From positions 32,001-96,000 of the IMG/VR virus record IMGVR_UViG_3300024262_000015: DNA of 64,000 nt; one strand, written 5' to 3'. Position 1 is the first letter of the stretch. The number at the start of each line of letters is the position of its first letter. Of this stretch, positions 47,776 to 57,993 are shown piece by piece. Under the pieces are notes generated by a model that did not search any database, was not told where the DNA came from, and saw only the letters and a program-made list of their open reading frames with translations. The translations under genes and the position numbers were made by a program. The stretch comes from a virus.

Positions 47776-48387
47776 ATGAGTGTTGGGTTTATTATATCTC
47801 GCGAGCCAGCGATTCTCTTTCCCGTTTGCCCAACTGTATTTATTGTTAGAAATATATCTAGGAAAACCTTATCTATTTTTACCTATCCTGTAAGCATTCA
47901 GCAAACCAGAGATCTAATGGCTATTCCATTTGTATCTGAAGCAGACATCAGAAACTCTCTTTTAAAAGGAGAGCTTTTTGTAAAGGCTAAAGCGGGAGAA
48001 ATAATTGTAGTCAACAGCAACATTGATCTTCTTCAGTTTGATGATTGTCAAAGAGATTTTCTTGAAAGCATTGGAATCACTAAAGGCATTTCAGTTACTG
48101 ACGGAGATCTTCCTTTTGCTTTTAAACAAAACATAAATTTAATTGGACCAACTGATGGGGTCAATAGAACTTTTTTTACTCCTGATGTATTTATCAATGG
48201 TCCTGAGCCTGTAGACAACTCCTTTAAATTACAGCTTGACCATAATGGGCGGCACTTAATTGAAGGCATTGATTACGTTGTAGGAGAGTCTGGAGGTCCC
48301 GGAACAGGTTTTGATACTGTAAATCTAATTTCTTTGACTCCGACTAGCACCAGTAAATTAACTTGCAATTATACCATCCGAATCTAA
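47776..48387 (+). CDS. Putative outer virion beta protein
   Basis: GPTDGVNRTF, HNGRHLIEGIDYVV motifs. Confidence 0.55.
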   Translation: MSVGFIISREPAILFPVCPTVFIVRNISRKTLSIFTYPVSIQQTRDLMAIPFVSEADIRNSLLKGELFVKAKAGEIIVVNSNIDLLQFDDCQRDFLESIGITKGISVTDGDLPFAFKQNINLIGPTDGVNRTFFTPDVFINGPEPVDNSFKLQLDHNGRHLIEGIDYVVGESGGPGTGFDTVNLISLTPTSTSKLTCNYTIRI

Positions 48388-48526
48388 TTAAACGTAAAAT
48401 TAAATACAAATCTTAGAATAAATACATATACAGTGAGACCGATAGTTTACTCAAAGGCCGGCCGAACCATTCAATAAAGCGCCGGATGACGTAAGTCAAT
48501 CCACCCTCACAAATTTAAAGGAAAAA

Positions 48527-50026
48527 ATGGGTTTTTCACGTACTAATGCGCTTAATCAAGCGCTCGATGTAGCCGGCTCTTTTACAGTTAATTCGGCTAA
48601 AGTTCTTACCGACGAATCTGCAGGCTTAGGCCAATCGCAGCAAACCGGAGTTGATGGTTACCTAACTGGTTCCTCACCGACTATTACTCTAACTGCAGCT
48701 TCTGCTACATTCACTGCAGCCAGTGTTGGTAACTTTGTTACTATTACTGGCTCAGGAACGGGTGCAAATAACAGCACTCACTTAATCGTAGCGTTTAGCA
48801 GCCCTACTGTTGTCGATCTTAGTATCGTTGGCGGCGCGGCTGATGCTTTACCGCTACCTTGGACCGAACGCGCTCCATATAACATTGAAGATGACCTCAA
48901 CTTTGAACGTACTGACCGTGCCGCAATTAAGGGTGTTGCCTATGATACGGCTGTAACTCCCTACAGCCGTCCTTCTACCTCTACCACTCTTACGCCGATG
49001 AACCTTGAGCAAATCTCGGGCAAAACCCTTGATGCTAAAGCACTAATCGTTAACCGTACGGAAGAAAACGCTCCAGTTGAAGATGGTTATACCGTACTTG
49101 TTCTTTCTGGTGCCTTCCAATATGCCGATGCTGTAGATCAAACTGGTTATCCGATTAATGATGGATTTGATGCGGGCAACCTTTCGGCTACCTATTGTGA
49201 AATCATCGACCCAAGTACCGAAGCTGGGGTAGTTATTCCGGATGGTTATGCAAATGCTGGTCAACGAATTTATGGTATCGCTCAACAGGGGTCTCAAACT
49301 GAAGGCTTAGGCATTGAAATTGCTTTTTATCGAGTTGCTCTTGGCGACCCGATTACTACGGCAAATCCCTACACTTGGAATGCTGGTCCAGAAATGCCTA
49401 CACAGCTTGACCTTTTCCTCGGTTATCGTACCCAAATGGATGACATGGGGGAAGCAGACCTTCGTGTTACCATGGTTAATGGTCTTATCGGTGATTCTGG
49501 CGCACAGCTTGAGATTAATGATATTCGTCAAACCATTGGTACGGTTCAGGGCGATACGGATCTCGGCACCTATCTTACCAACCAAACGCCGTTTTATATC
49601 TTTGACGACCTAAGCCTTACGCCCACTGTTGTTGAAGCTCTAAACGTTCTTAACCTAGAGATTGGTAACCGAGATTATACAGGTGCTATTCTTACCGATG
49701 GTTATACAATCACCGCGTCTCTTCAACAGCTATCAGATGCTATTGCTGAGAATGCAGATGTTCTTCGTACGATTGAACGTTTGACTGTAAATGCTGCCGC
49801 TGGAGTAGCGCACACTGTTCCTGATTCTCTAACGTATGATATAGATGTCTCAAACAATGGTCGCGGCATGTGGCTTTACTGGCGAGGTGTTCTTAGAGAT
49901 CCGGGCCCTGTTGTTGATGGAAATGACTATGAGGAAACAAGCACATCTTCATTCACTCCTTATGCTACTATTAATAGTGGCGATCACATCAACTACTTTA
50001 TCATAACCGAGACTAACTCTCCGTAG
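48527..50026 (+). CDS. Putative abundant outer virion structural protein
   Basis: 499 aa, T/G/D-rich; four DGY motifs; C-terminal YWRGV...GNDYEE; structured leader. Confidence 0.6.
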   Translation: MGFSRTNALNQALDVAGSFTVNSAKVLTDESAGLGQSQQTGVDGYLTGSSPTITLTAASATFTAASVGNFVTITGSGTGANNSTHLIVAFSSPTVVDLSIVGGAADALPLPWTERAPYNIEDDLNFERTDRAAIKGVAYDTAVTPYSRPSTSTTLTPMNLEQISGKTLDAKALIVNRTEENAPVEDGYTVLVLSGAFQYADAVDQTGYPINDGFDAGNLSATYCEIIDPSTEAGVVIPDGYANAGQRIYGIAQQGSQTEGLGIEIAFYRVALGDPITTANPYTWNAGPEMPTQLDLFLGYRTQMDDMGEADLRVTMVNGLIGDSGAQLEINDIRQTIGTVQGDTDLGTYLTNQTPFYIFDDLSLTPTVVEALNVLNLEIGNRDYTGAILTDGYTITASLQQLSDAIAENADVLRTIERLTVNAAAGVAHTVPDSLTYDIDVSNNGRGMWLYWRGVLRDPGPVVDGNDYEETSTSSFTPYATINSGDHINYFIITETNSP

Positions 50027-50049
50027 GTCTAAATTGATATATATTAGCT

Positions 50050-50361
50050 ATGTTAAAGGCTGATATAATTCAAAGACAAGTAACTGCTCCACCTGGAGGC
50101 CATTGTGATTCTGGCCATCGGGTGGAGTTTTTATTTAAAGGCCGTAAAGAAGAGCCGGGCGAGGTAAGATTTTATCACGTAAGTGGAAAAGGTATTAATA
50201 ATCCTGGAATATATTGTGAGCCTTGTGTTATTTTAATGAATGCTATGGCTGCGGAAAAAAGAAAAGGTACAATTCCTACATCTAAAGGAAATTTTCTTAA
50301 AGTTCCGGATATAAAAAATATTATAGAAGATCGGGTTAAGAAAGGAAAGAAGAATAAATGA
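50050..50361 (+). CDS. Small Cys/His protein
   Basis: HCDSGH...YCEPC. Confidence 0.5.
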   Translation: MLKADIIQRQVTAPPGGHCDSGHRVEFLFKGRKEEPGEVRFYHVSGKGINNPGIYCEPCVILMNAMAAEKRKGTIPTSKGNFLKVPDIKNIIEDRVKKGKKNK

Positions 50362-50828
50362 GCGACCAAAAAGAAACAGCTTCTGCTTACAAAGAATCTT
50401 TACGAGGACTAAGAGCTATTGTTCAAGAAGCTTTAATAAATAATGTTATTGACGAAGACAACAAACCTATCTATGAAGCAACTTTAATTCAGCTTCTTAA
50501 TGAAACCGAAAAAAGGCGTCAGAAGCTAATATCCATTGCTGAAGATCATAAACGACGAGCCCTTCAAGCAGACTCTCAAGCTGAAGGTTTTGCTACCATG
50601 GGAGCTATTTTAGAAAATGTTGTTAGAGGATTTGTATTCCAAGCCCAAAAAGTAGCAGCCGAAGATAAAGAACGAGAACAAGAAAACTTAGAAAAATCTG
50701 AGCGTATCCAACAAGCAGAACTACTTCATGAACCTAGCGTAGTAATTCCACCGAAGGACGAAGAAGAAGAGCAGCATACAGGTGAAGAAGAGAAGAAGTC
50801 TGCTCGTAGGAGTCGATCTAAAAGCTAG
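50358..50828 (+). CDS. Coiled-coil hypothetical protein
   Basis: 156 aa, ATGA-coupled to the upstream gene. Confidence 0.55.
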   Translation: MSDQKETASAYKESLRGLRAIVQEALINNVIDEDNKPIYEATLIQLLNETEKRRQKLISIAEDHKRRALQADSQAEGFATMGAILENVVRGFVFQAQKVAAEDKEREQENLEKSERIQQAELLHEPSVVIPPKDEEEEQHTGEEEKKSARRSRSKS

Positions 50829-50873
50829 CGATATTTATGCGTAACAGTAGGGCCAAACTTTACTGGGACACAT

Positions 50874-51572
50874 ATGGTTGAAATTGACAGGTTTGACTTA
50901 GCTGATGTAGGAGTATCCGATCAAGTTGAGCTTCAGTCTGATTATACAGGATTTTATAAATCTGTAACTTTAGCTGATACAACCTCAGGTACCGCCACTA
51001 TAGTTGTATCAACAGTCAGCGATAACCTTCTTCATGCAGATAATCCTGTGGAGTCAGGTGATACTGTAGTTATTGCGGGTAATGCAGCAGCCGGAACATA
51101 CACGATTGATGTCATGATAAGTGATACTCAATTTACTGTAGTAGAATCTCTGCCCGACTCTACTGGTGGTACTTCTAGTTTTAGATATCCTCCTGGGGCC
51201 CAAAAGGTTGGATTTTATGTTGCTCCATTAAGCTTTACATCTGATGCTCCTAATGTTCAAAAAGTTATGGAGGCCATGGACGGCTACAAGCTTGCTGAAG
51301 AGTCTTTATCTTTAGCCATTAATTATGTCCAAAACGGATTTGAGGAAATAACTTATTCGGGAACCAAAGCTACAAATATAACACTTTGGGAAACGGCATC
51401 AAAACTAATTAAAGTACGAGAATCTCAACTAACCTATGATGGAAATAATGTATCTCAAGTTATCGATATTCAATACGATGCACTTGGAATAGAAAAGTAC
51501 CGCTTAACTCAAACCTATGTCTATACTGGAAACATGATCACATCTTCTACCCAAACCCGCACTGATGTATAA
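50874..51572 (+). CDS. Putative virion structural protein
   Basis: VESGDTVVIAG..AAGTYTI beta motif; DGY; TY-rich C-terminus. Confidence 0.55.
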   Translation: MVEIDRFDLADVGVSDQVELQSDYTGFYKSVTLADTTSGTATIVVSTVSDNLLHADNPVESGDTVVIAGNAAAGTYTIDVMISDTQFTVVESLPDSTGGTSSFRYPPGAQKVGFYVAPLSFTSDAPNVQKVMEAMDGYKLAEESLSLAINYVQNGFEEITYSGTKATNITLWETASKLIKVRESQLTYDGNNVSQVIDIQYDALGIEKYRLTQTYVYTGNMITSSTQTRTDV

Positions 51573-51618
51573 TAACGTTATATAATAAATAGCCCTGTTT
51601 AAGTTTTAAGGAAGAACC

Positions 51619-51933
51619 ATGCCCATAGTCGTACCCAAAAATACTGAAGGTTACAAGTACAACCAATTTGAATTACTTACTGTAGCTGATACGGTATTTC
51701 CTGAATTTGCACAATTTGGCATCAATATTCCTTTTCAAAGAGGACTGCTTTTGATCAATTATGGTCCTGGCATTGCCGAATATTCTTTTGATGGAATTTC
51801 TGTTCATGGGGATATGCGGCCCGGCACTCCTAGTGAGAAGTTAAACTTTTCAGTTGTAAGGGTTTTCAGCGGTATTTGGTTTCAATCAGCAGGCAGTCCA
51901 GAAATTCGGATAGAAGCATGGTCAGGAACGTAA
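51619..51933 (+). CDS. Small beta structural protein
   Basis: EYSFDG.SVHG...IWF...IRIEAW. Confidence 0.5.
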   Translation: MPIVVPKNTEGYKYNQFELLTVADTVFPEFAQFGINIPFQRGLLLINYGPGIAEYSFDGISVHGDMRPGTPSEKLNFSVVRVFSGIWFQSAGSPEIRIEAWSGT

Positions 51934-51970
51934 CACAATTAATAGTTAGTAAAACTTGGAAAGATGTTAA

Positions 51971-52906
51971 GTGAGAGCATTGATCCTCTCAGGTGGAGCC
52001 GGTAGAGGTTCGTTTCAAGTCGGAGTATTAAGAGGGTTACTAAAAAAAAATAAAGATTTAGATTATGACATATATGTTGGAAGCAGTGTCGGAGCTTTCA
52101 ATGCTGGGATTTTAGCTGGTGGACCTTTAAAAGAAACCGTACCAATTTTAGAAGATATTTGGCTTAAGAAAATCACTGGCAGACATTCTATTTGGCACCA
52201 CCTTTTAGCTAAAAGATTATTAATATTTGTAGCTATATTTGCTGGATTTATAAACCTAGCTTTTTTTTCTTTCCTAGCAGACAACCCTAAATGGTTAACT
52301 ACACTTCTTGCTTTAATTGCTTGGATTTGTATTTATTTGCCCTATAGGATGGTTAAACAAACACGCTCTGTTTATACAGCCACACCCTTAAAGCGAGAAC
52401 TTAGCAAGTACATTTTACAAGAACGAATTTTGCATGGTGGAAAGTCTTTAGTGGTAGCAGCTACTTGTCTTAGGACGGGAGAGCTTTTTTACTTTACGGA
52501 AAGCGATGTAGATCTAATTGAAGGAATTCATGCCTCGATGGCTTTTCCGGTTTTCTTTCCTCCAGTTTTTGTAAGAAACGAATGGTGTACTGATGGAGGA
52601 TTAAAAACTTATGCAGATATAAGTTCGGCTATAGATTTGGGAGCTACCGAAGTGGATGTAATTCTTACTGTTCCATTAGAAGAGTATAAAGATTTTAAGC
52701 CTACTATTTTTTCTCAAGTTATTCAGGTTATAGACGTTGTAACCATGGGAATTATCCAAAACGATATAAAGAAACACCGCTTCTCCGATGTTAAAATTAA
52801 TATTTACATGCCACCTAAAGGATTTTCTCATAAAAACCCTTTAAAGTTTGAACCAGCCTCTCTTAAAAAATCTTATAATGTTGGAGTTAAAGTAGGAGAA
52901 AAATGA
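51971..52906 (+). CDS. Patatin-like phospholipase with an inserted transmembrane hairpin
   Basis: LSGGAGRG, GSSVG and DGG motifs; two hydrophobic helices at about aa 83-125. Confidence 0.88.
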   Translation: MRALILSGGAGRGSFQVGVLRGLLKKNKDLDYDIYVGSSVGAFNAGILAGGPLKETVPILEDIWLKKITGRHSIWHHLLAKRLLIFVAIFAGFINLAFFSFLADNPKWLTTLLALIAWICIYLPYRMVKQTRSVYTATPLKRELSKYILQERILHGGKSLVVAATCLRTGELFYFTESDVDLIEGIHASMAFPVFFPPVFVRNEWCTDGGLKTYADISSAIDLGATEVDVILTVPLEEYKDFKPTIFSQVIQVIDVVTMGIIQNDIKKHRFSDVKINIYMPPKGFSHKNPLKFEPASLKKSYNVGVKVGEK

Positions 52907-53976
52907 GCAAGCTTATTTATCTAGATGCAAATGCCCACGTCCCCATGAATAAGCAGGCCATCAAAGCTTATTGTGAATATCATGAGTCTATGGACGGTCA
53001 TGGTCATCCACTTTCAATGACTACTCCTGGTATTGGGGCCTCAATTAAACTGGAAGAAGCTCGTGAAAATATAGCTAACTGTATTGGTAGCGAAGAGGCA
53101 GGAAACGTTGTATTTACTTTTAACTGCACTCAAGCATGTGAATGGGCTATCAAAATCTTAGCTGATAATTGTCCTGTAACCTTTATTTCTGAGGGTGAAC
53201 ATTCTGCTGTTACTATGGCCTATAGAAAGTGGATAGGAGAGCCAAAATTTATAACTGAATATGTAGAAAACCATGATGGCTATAAAGACGCTGGCCTTGG
53301 GTGCATAAGAGTTCAAAACGAAACGGGATTAATTTATCCTGATTTAATCCACATGCCTTCCAAGTTATTATTTTGTGATATGAGTCAAGCTTTGGGCAAA
53401 ATAAATGTAGATGTTACAGGATTAGATATTGCCGCTTTCGGAGGTCATAAATTTGGTGGAACTAACTTAGGTTTCCTTTATTTTAAGGATCCTTCTTTAT
53501 GTGAAGAACTTAATTCTGGGTCTAGATATTTCCTTGATGCTCCTGGTACACCTAATGTGGCGGCTGCTGTAGCTACTTCTGTTGCTCTTATGGATGCGAT
53601 TCGAACTTTAGATGAACGCACCGAAAAAATGCGACAATTCCAAACTACTATTGAAGATTATTTTCAAAATAAAAACATTACAGTGGTTCATAAAGACAAG
53701 CCTCGTTCCCCCAATACTACTTTTATACACCTTCCTCACGCAATAAACCTTATCCATTCATTGTCTCAAAAGGGAATATTTGTAGGACTTGGCTCAGCAT
53801 GCGGTGCTCTACATGAAGGGTTAAGTCCTTTTATGAAATACTCTGGATATAATAATTCTTCTTCTCAAGACTTTATGAGGATAAGTCAATTTGGAGAATA
53901 TGGTATTGAGGAAGCCAAGCTGTTTATAGACCAATTTGATAAAAGCTTTGAAGAAGTTTTTCATAAGCCAGCATGA
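52903..53976 (+). CDS. Cysteine desulfurase (NifS/IscS family, PLP-dependent)
   Basis: IYLDANA, QNETG, D.SQA.GK, GHKFGG (PLP lysine), GTPN, GSAC (catalytic Cys). Confidence 0.9.
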   Translation: MSKLIYLDANAHVPMNKQAIKAYCEYHESMDGHGHPLSMTTPGIGASIKLEEARENIANCIGSEEAGNVVFTFNCTQACEWAIKILADNCPVTFISEGEHSAVTMAYRKWIGEPKFITEYVENHDGYKDAGLGCIRVQNETGLIYPDLIHMPSKLLFCDMSQALGKINVDVTGLDIAAFGGHKFGGTNLGFLYFKDPSLCEELNSGSRYFLDAPGTPNVAAAVATSVALMDAIRTLDERTEKMRQFQTTIEDYFQNKNITVVHKDKPRSPNTTFIHLPHAINLIHSLSQKGIFVGLGSACGALHEGLSPFMKYSGYNNSSSQDFMRISQFGEYGIEEAKLFIDQFDKSFEEVFHKPA

Positions 53977-54293
53977 AAAAGCCGAAGAAAATAAAATGTG
54001 AAATTTGTGGTTTAAAACAGCCTAAAGCCTTGCACTTGCATCATCTGACAGAACGGGTTGAGGCTAACTGTACCAACCACCCTTTAAACCTTCTGGTAGC
54101 CTGTGGTTCTTGTCACAGCTTAATTCATCAAAAAATTATCGAGGTTATAGGTATATGGCCTAGCTCTAACCCCACAAACGGGCGTACTGTCGTTTTCAAG
54201 AAGGAGGGGAGGTGTAACATACCAGAACTTGAAAACGTCTCACCACCTCATATATCCCAAGCACCAAGGATGAAAATTTATGGGAAAACGTAA
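53973..54293 (+). CDS. HNH endonuclease
   Basis: CEICG...LHLHH...N..LNL...CGSCHSLIH. Confidence 0.8.
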   Translation: MKKPKKIKCEICGLKQPKALHLHHLTERVEANCTNHPLNLLVACGSCHSLIHQKIIEVIGIWPSSNPTNGRTVVFKKEGRCNIPELENVSPPHISQAPRMKIYGKT

Positions 54294-54600
54294 TCCTAAG
54301 AAGTTAAATAAAAACAGAGTTCAATCAGAACCAGAAACTCGTGCTCAGCTTTATGAGATGATTCGGCTTTGGGGTGGAGATCCTAAAGAGGCAGAAATCA
54401 TTATCACAAAATATGAAAAAGCAATGCAAAAATCCAGAGACCCTGTAGAACAAAAACAAATAGCCTATATGGGGCTTTTGGAGCTTCACAAACACTATGG
54501 AATCCGTAGCGCTTTGGTAGGGGACGGCATTGTTTTAGCTGAAGCTCGTGAAGGCTGGACTGATCCTTTTGAAAATGAACGTAAAATTAAGCCTGTATAA
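54280..54600 (+). CDS. Hypothetical protein
   Basis: 106 aa ORF within the operon. Confidence 0.5.
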   Translation: MGKRNPKKLNKNRVQSEPETRAQLYEMIRLWGGDPKEAEIIITKYEKAMQKSRDPVEQKQIAYMGLLELHKHYGIRSALVGDGIVLAEAREGWTDPFENERKIKPV

Positions 54601-54637
54601 TCTCTCCGACTAAAGAGCAATATCACAGCATTTATGC

Positions 54638-54880
54638 GTGAAACAAAAATTCATTGGCACAGTAGTCTGGTTTGATAAAGGACCAAACTACGGATTTATA
54701 GACGGCCCAGGAGGTGAAGCGGGCCAGGATGTATTCGTACACTGGAGTGATATTCAGATGGAAGGCTTTAAGATTCTCAAAAAGGGTCAAAGGGTTGAGT
54801 ATTTTATTGGAGAAAATAACCAGGGTAAACCTAAAGCAATAGAGGTAGAAGTTGTGGAAGAAGCCGATAAAGAGACCTGA
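54638..54880 (+). CDS. Cold-shock domain protein
   Basis: GTVVWFD...YGFI (RNP1), DVFVHWSDI (RNP2), GFKILKKGQRVEY. Confidence 0.92.
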   Translation: MKQKFIGTVVWFDKGPNYGFIDGPGGEAGQDVFVHWSDIQMEGFKILKKGQRVEYFIGENNQGKPKAIEVEVVEEADKET

Positions 54881-55295
54881 GTTTTGGATAACTAACATTT
54901 CTCAGAGACTCAATGTATCTATAGATGACCTAGGAATTCGTTTGAATCCCTTACAGAGCATAGATTTATTCTCAGGTCGATACCCTTTAATAACTGGTGA
55001 AGATATTAAAAATTCTGCTATAGCCGGCTCAATATATAAAAAGAGTAAATATATAAAAATTAGAGTAGAGCAGCCGCCAAAACTTATTCCTCCAGGCATT
55101 TATGTTTCAGATAAGCCCCGACAATATGATCTCAAAAACCTTACCCCCAATGCTCCTAAAAAAGAGTATGAGGAACTTGATGGCTTAGATAATTCTACAG
55201 ATACACAATGGGCGGCAGATGAAGCAGAAATGGCCGAAGCTGACCGGACCGCTGGATTATCTCCTAAAGCAACTAGTGAAAAAGAAAAAGAATAA
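54852..55295 (+). CDS. Hypothetical protein
   Basis: FWITNIS...S...GSIY resembles the N-domain of the 47776 protein (FIVRNIS...SLLKGELF). Confidence 0.5.
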   Translation: MWKKPIKRPEFWITNISQRLNVSIDDLGIRLNPLQSIDLFSGRYPLITGEDIKNSAIAGSIYKKSKYIKIRVEQPPKLIPPGIYVSDKPRQYDLKNLTPNAPKKEYEELDGLDNSTDTQWAADEAEMAEADRTAGLSPKATSEKEKE

Positions 55296-55338
55296 TCACC
55301 ACCCTTATTCTCCAGGCATTTAAAATCATTTAAATAGT

Positions 55339-55674
55339 ATGACTACTTCTATGTTTGCCAACCCAGGCCAAACGGTTACATTAACTGTTCAAACTGTTGA
55401 TGGTTATGGAGAAAGAGCTAATGTCGCTGCCCTTCCTAGAATAATGAGCGTTTTGTATCCTAGTCTCTCCCCGGTCTTAGGGTATCCACAAAACATGTCC
55501 AATGTTCAAACAGGGCTCTATGCTCATCAACTCACTCTTCCTACAGGGCCAGTTTCTTTAGGAACCTTTGTTGTTAGCACACGCTATGTAGCTTTGAATG
55601 GCAGTATTGTTTGGGACACTTTTCTTATTCAAGTAGCTCTCCCATTTGGAAATAGTTCGCTTTCCCCTTGCTAG
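55339..55674 (+). CDS. Ig-like structural protein
   Basis: PGQTVTL...TGLY...LGTF resembles the N-domain of the 56185 protein (PGDAIVL...TGKY...LGVW); DGY. Confidence 0.5.
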   Translation: MTTSMFANPGQTVTLTVQTVDGYGERANVAALPRIMSVLYPSLSPVLGYPQNMSNVQTGLYAHQLTLPTGPVSLGTFVVSTRYVALNGSIVWDTFLIQVALPFGNSSLSPC

Positions 55675-55680
55675 GACCCC

Positions 55681-56151
55681 ATGAAACACGATCTTAAAGC
55701 TCAAATTGATTTGGTTTGGAAAAAGGTGGCCGCAGAACCTAAGCCTGTTGTTCCCAACCTTCCTACCCGAAGCCCAGATGACCCAAACCCTAAAGTAAGA
55801 CAAAAACTAATAGAATACAAAAAAATACTCGGCCTAGCTCACGAAAATGTAGATGTGCTAGAAAAACTTTTGCCACTAATTAAAGACGATAGGGAGCGTA
55901 AATACCGAGAAGACAATTCTTTAAGATCCGCTAAAGATAGAGTTAAGCTTTATAAACAATTTGTAGACCTGCTTCCTCAATTTAAACTATTTGAGGATAA
56001 ATCTATTGAAACAGAACTGGATGATATCAATCCTAATTTAGCAGAATTATACACTACTGCTAATCCTACAACTCTAAGAACCAATTTACGAGTTGAAATA
56101 CAAATGAATAAACAAAGAATTGTAGATATTACATTAGGCCGAAGCGATTAA
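55681..56151 (+). CDS. Hypothetical protein
   Basis: 156 aa; KVAA near the N-terminus. Confidence 0.5.
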   Translation: MKHDLKAQIDLVWKKVAAEPKPVVPNLPTRSPDDPNPKVRQKLIEYKKILGLAHENVDVLEKLLPLIKDDRERKYREDNSLRSAKDRVKLYKQFVDLLPQFKLFEDKSIETELDDINPNLAELYTTANPTTLRTNLRVEIQMNKQRIVDITLGRSD

Positions 56152-56184
56152 ACTTCTCTTCGCATACATTCATATATTAGTGTT

Positions 56185-57132
56185 ATGGCTATTGTCTGCC
56201 CCCCAATCATACCTCCTCAACCAGAAATAGTAATCCCGACCCGAATTGTTCCAAGAAGTGAAATAGCTCAGCCGGGAGATGCTATCGTTCTTTGCATGGA
56301 GTTTCGTGGACCCAATGGAGAACTAACCAATCTAGACGAGGTTCCTTCTATTGATATTGTTGAGCCTAATGGAAGAGTACGCACAAGCCAAAGCAAAGGC
56401 ATTTACCAACAGGGTACAGGAAAATATGCTTTTAATTTTGAAGTTGGGATAGCTCCAGATCTGGGTGTGTGGACCGATATTTGGAAAGGTATTATTAATG
56501 GGTTTGAGGTCTTTGGGTCTGGAAACTTTGTAGTAGCCACCTCTCAAATGCCCGCTCTTAACACAGATGGGTATAAACATTTAGGCGATGATCCGGGTTT
56601 TGACTACTCTCAAAATGCTATCTGTAATATAAATAGCTTAATTCAAATGCTTAGGGCTCGTTTAAGAAGCTCTGGAAAACGCCCTACTCACGATGAATAT
56701 GGCAACACTATCTTTGAAAATTGTGACATTTTTACTGTAGAAGAAATGGTAACCTTCCTGTGTACGTCTCTTGAACACTTTAATGCAGAGCCAACCTTCA
56801 CGTTTTTTAGCTTTGAAGATACCCCAATTGTTCAAAACTTTGGCTCAGTCTTAGTTCAGGGCGCTACTGTTTTTGCTTTAGGCGCTCAAGCTCTAGTAGA
56901 AAAAGGCAGAGAGCTAAACATTACTGATAACGGAATTAGCTTTACTCCACCTCAAGTATCTGATTTATTAAATACTCAATACTCCACCGAAATGACGCAG
57001 TGGATTGAAATGGTGCAGCGCGTCAAGAGAAATATGAAACCGAATCCTCTGGGGCTTGGTACATTCAGACCTCTTTCCGCTGCACCTCAAGTATTACGTT
57101 TACGCTGGCTTCGAGCTAGGCGGATCTTTTAA
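56185..57132 (+). CDS. Putative head-tail adaptor/neck protein with an Ig-like N-domain
   Basis: LRARL...FT.EE....L..SL..FNA.P...ITDNGISF pattern typical of myophage adaptors (inference). Confidence 0.55.
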   Translation: MAIVCPPIIPPQPEIVIPTRIVPRSEIAQPGDAIVLCMEFRGPNGELTNLDEVPSIDIVEPNGRVRTSQSKGIYQQGTGKYAFNFEVGIAPDLGVWTDIWKGIINGFEVFGSGNFVVATSQMPALNTDGYKHLGDDPGFDYSQNAICNINSLIQMLRARLRSSGKRPTHDEYGNTIFENCDIFTVEEMVTFLCTSLEHFNAEPTFTFFSFEDTPIVQNFGSVLVQGATVFALGAQALVEKGRELNITDNGISFTPPQVSDLLNTQYSTEMTQWIEMVQRVKRNMKPNPLGLGTFRPLSAAPQVLRLRWLRARRIF

Positions 57133-57143
57133 GGCTTGGAAAA

Positions 57144-57290
57144 ATGACAGACCAAGAAATCGAAGAATTAATTTAAGAGCATAAGAGGTTAGATAGGCGG
57201 GATGAAAAACGAACCTTCATCTTATATATGATTGCCATGGGTATCATCCTTACATCCTGTGTCATTTCGTTTGTTTGTATCTTATTATAG
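57144..57290 (+). pseudogene. Small membrane protein with an in-frame TAA
   Basis: MTDQEIEELI*EHKRLDRRDEKRTFILYMIAMGIILTSCVISFVCILL*. Confidence 0.35.
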
Positions 57291-57310
57291 GGCTCTTTTC
57301 ATATAGTTTT

Positions 57311-57826
57311 ATGTCACTGCAAAAAGAGTACTCAAAACTTCTTAGCAAGATAGCTAAATTAGAAGCACAAGCCCAAAGAATAAAATTAGCTTCCGATTTT
57401 AGAACTGAAGAAGACCGCAAAAGTTACGAGCGATTTAAAGCCAAAGAGGACTATATTAATTCTAAAGTAAAGAAAGAGGATTTTTCTGAAGTCGAGGAAT
57501 GGCTTTCAAGCTCGGACTCAGACTTGAGAGCAGCGGCCTTTTACAATGTGCCTAAAGAAATAGTTCTAGATCTAGTGGACTTAAAAGATCTCGTCACCGA
57601 TCCCAACCCTGATATTAGGCGGGCTGCAGCAGAAAATTTCTTTAAAGAAATTGGAGCAGACTCTGAACTTATGGAGATTGTTTTAGATGAAGAAGGTTAT
57701 GGAATGCTTAGAGCACTAGGGTCAAAAGACTTTGCGTTTGATATTCTTGGCCCTTATAAAGACCACCCTGAAGTAAGAAAAGAATTAGAGTCATTTAGAA
57801 ATCCGCCTGAAGGTTTTTGGGACTAA
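57311..57826 (+). CDS. HEAT-repeat-like protein
   Basis: SSDSDLRAAA and DPNPDIRRAAA; KLAS motif; likely start at MSLQ. Confidence 0.55.
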   Translation: MSLQKEYSKLLSKIAKLEAQAQRIKLASDFRTEEDRKSYERFKAKEDYINSKVKKEDFSEVEEWLSSSDSDLRAAAFYNVPKEIVLDLVDLKDLVTDPNPDIRRAAAENFFKEIGADSELMEIVLDEEGYGMLRALGSKDFAFDILGPYKDHPEVRKELESFRNPPEGFWD

Positions 57827-57946
57827 GACTCTCTTTGCAAGAACAGCCAAGCATCCCCGACAATATAGTTCTCCCTTTTCCAAGAATACTGTATTCGCAT
57901 GACGTTTACATTGGGAGCATTGGGGGCGCAGGAGAACGGGATCCAT
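57791..57946 (-). CDS. Small zinc-finger protein (51 aa, not in the ORF track)
   Basis: MDPVLLRPQCSQCKRHANTVFLEKGELYCRGC... Confidence 0.45.
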   Translation of the reverse strand: MDPVLLRPQCSQCKRHANTVFLEKGELYCRGCLAVLAKRVLVPKTFRRISK

Positions 57947-57993
57947 AAAAGAGCAGGATAGCACCGGTCAGCTTATATTCTCATATAAGATTC

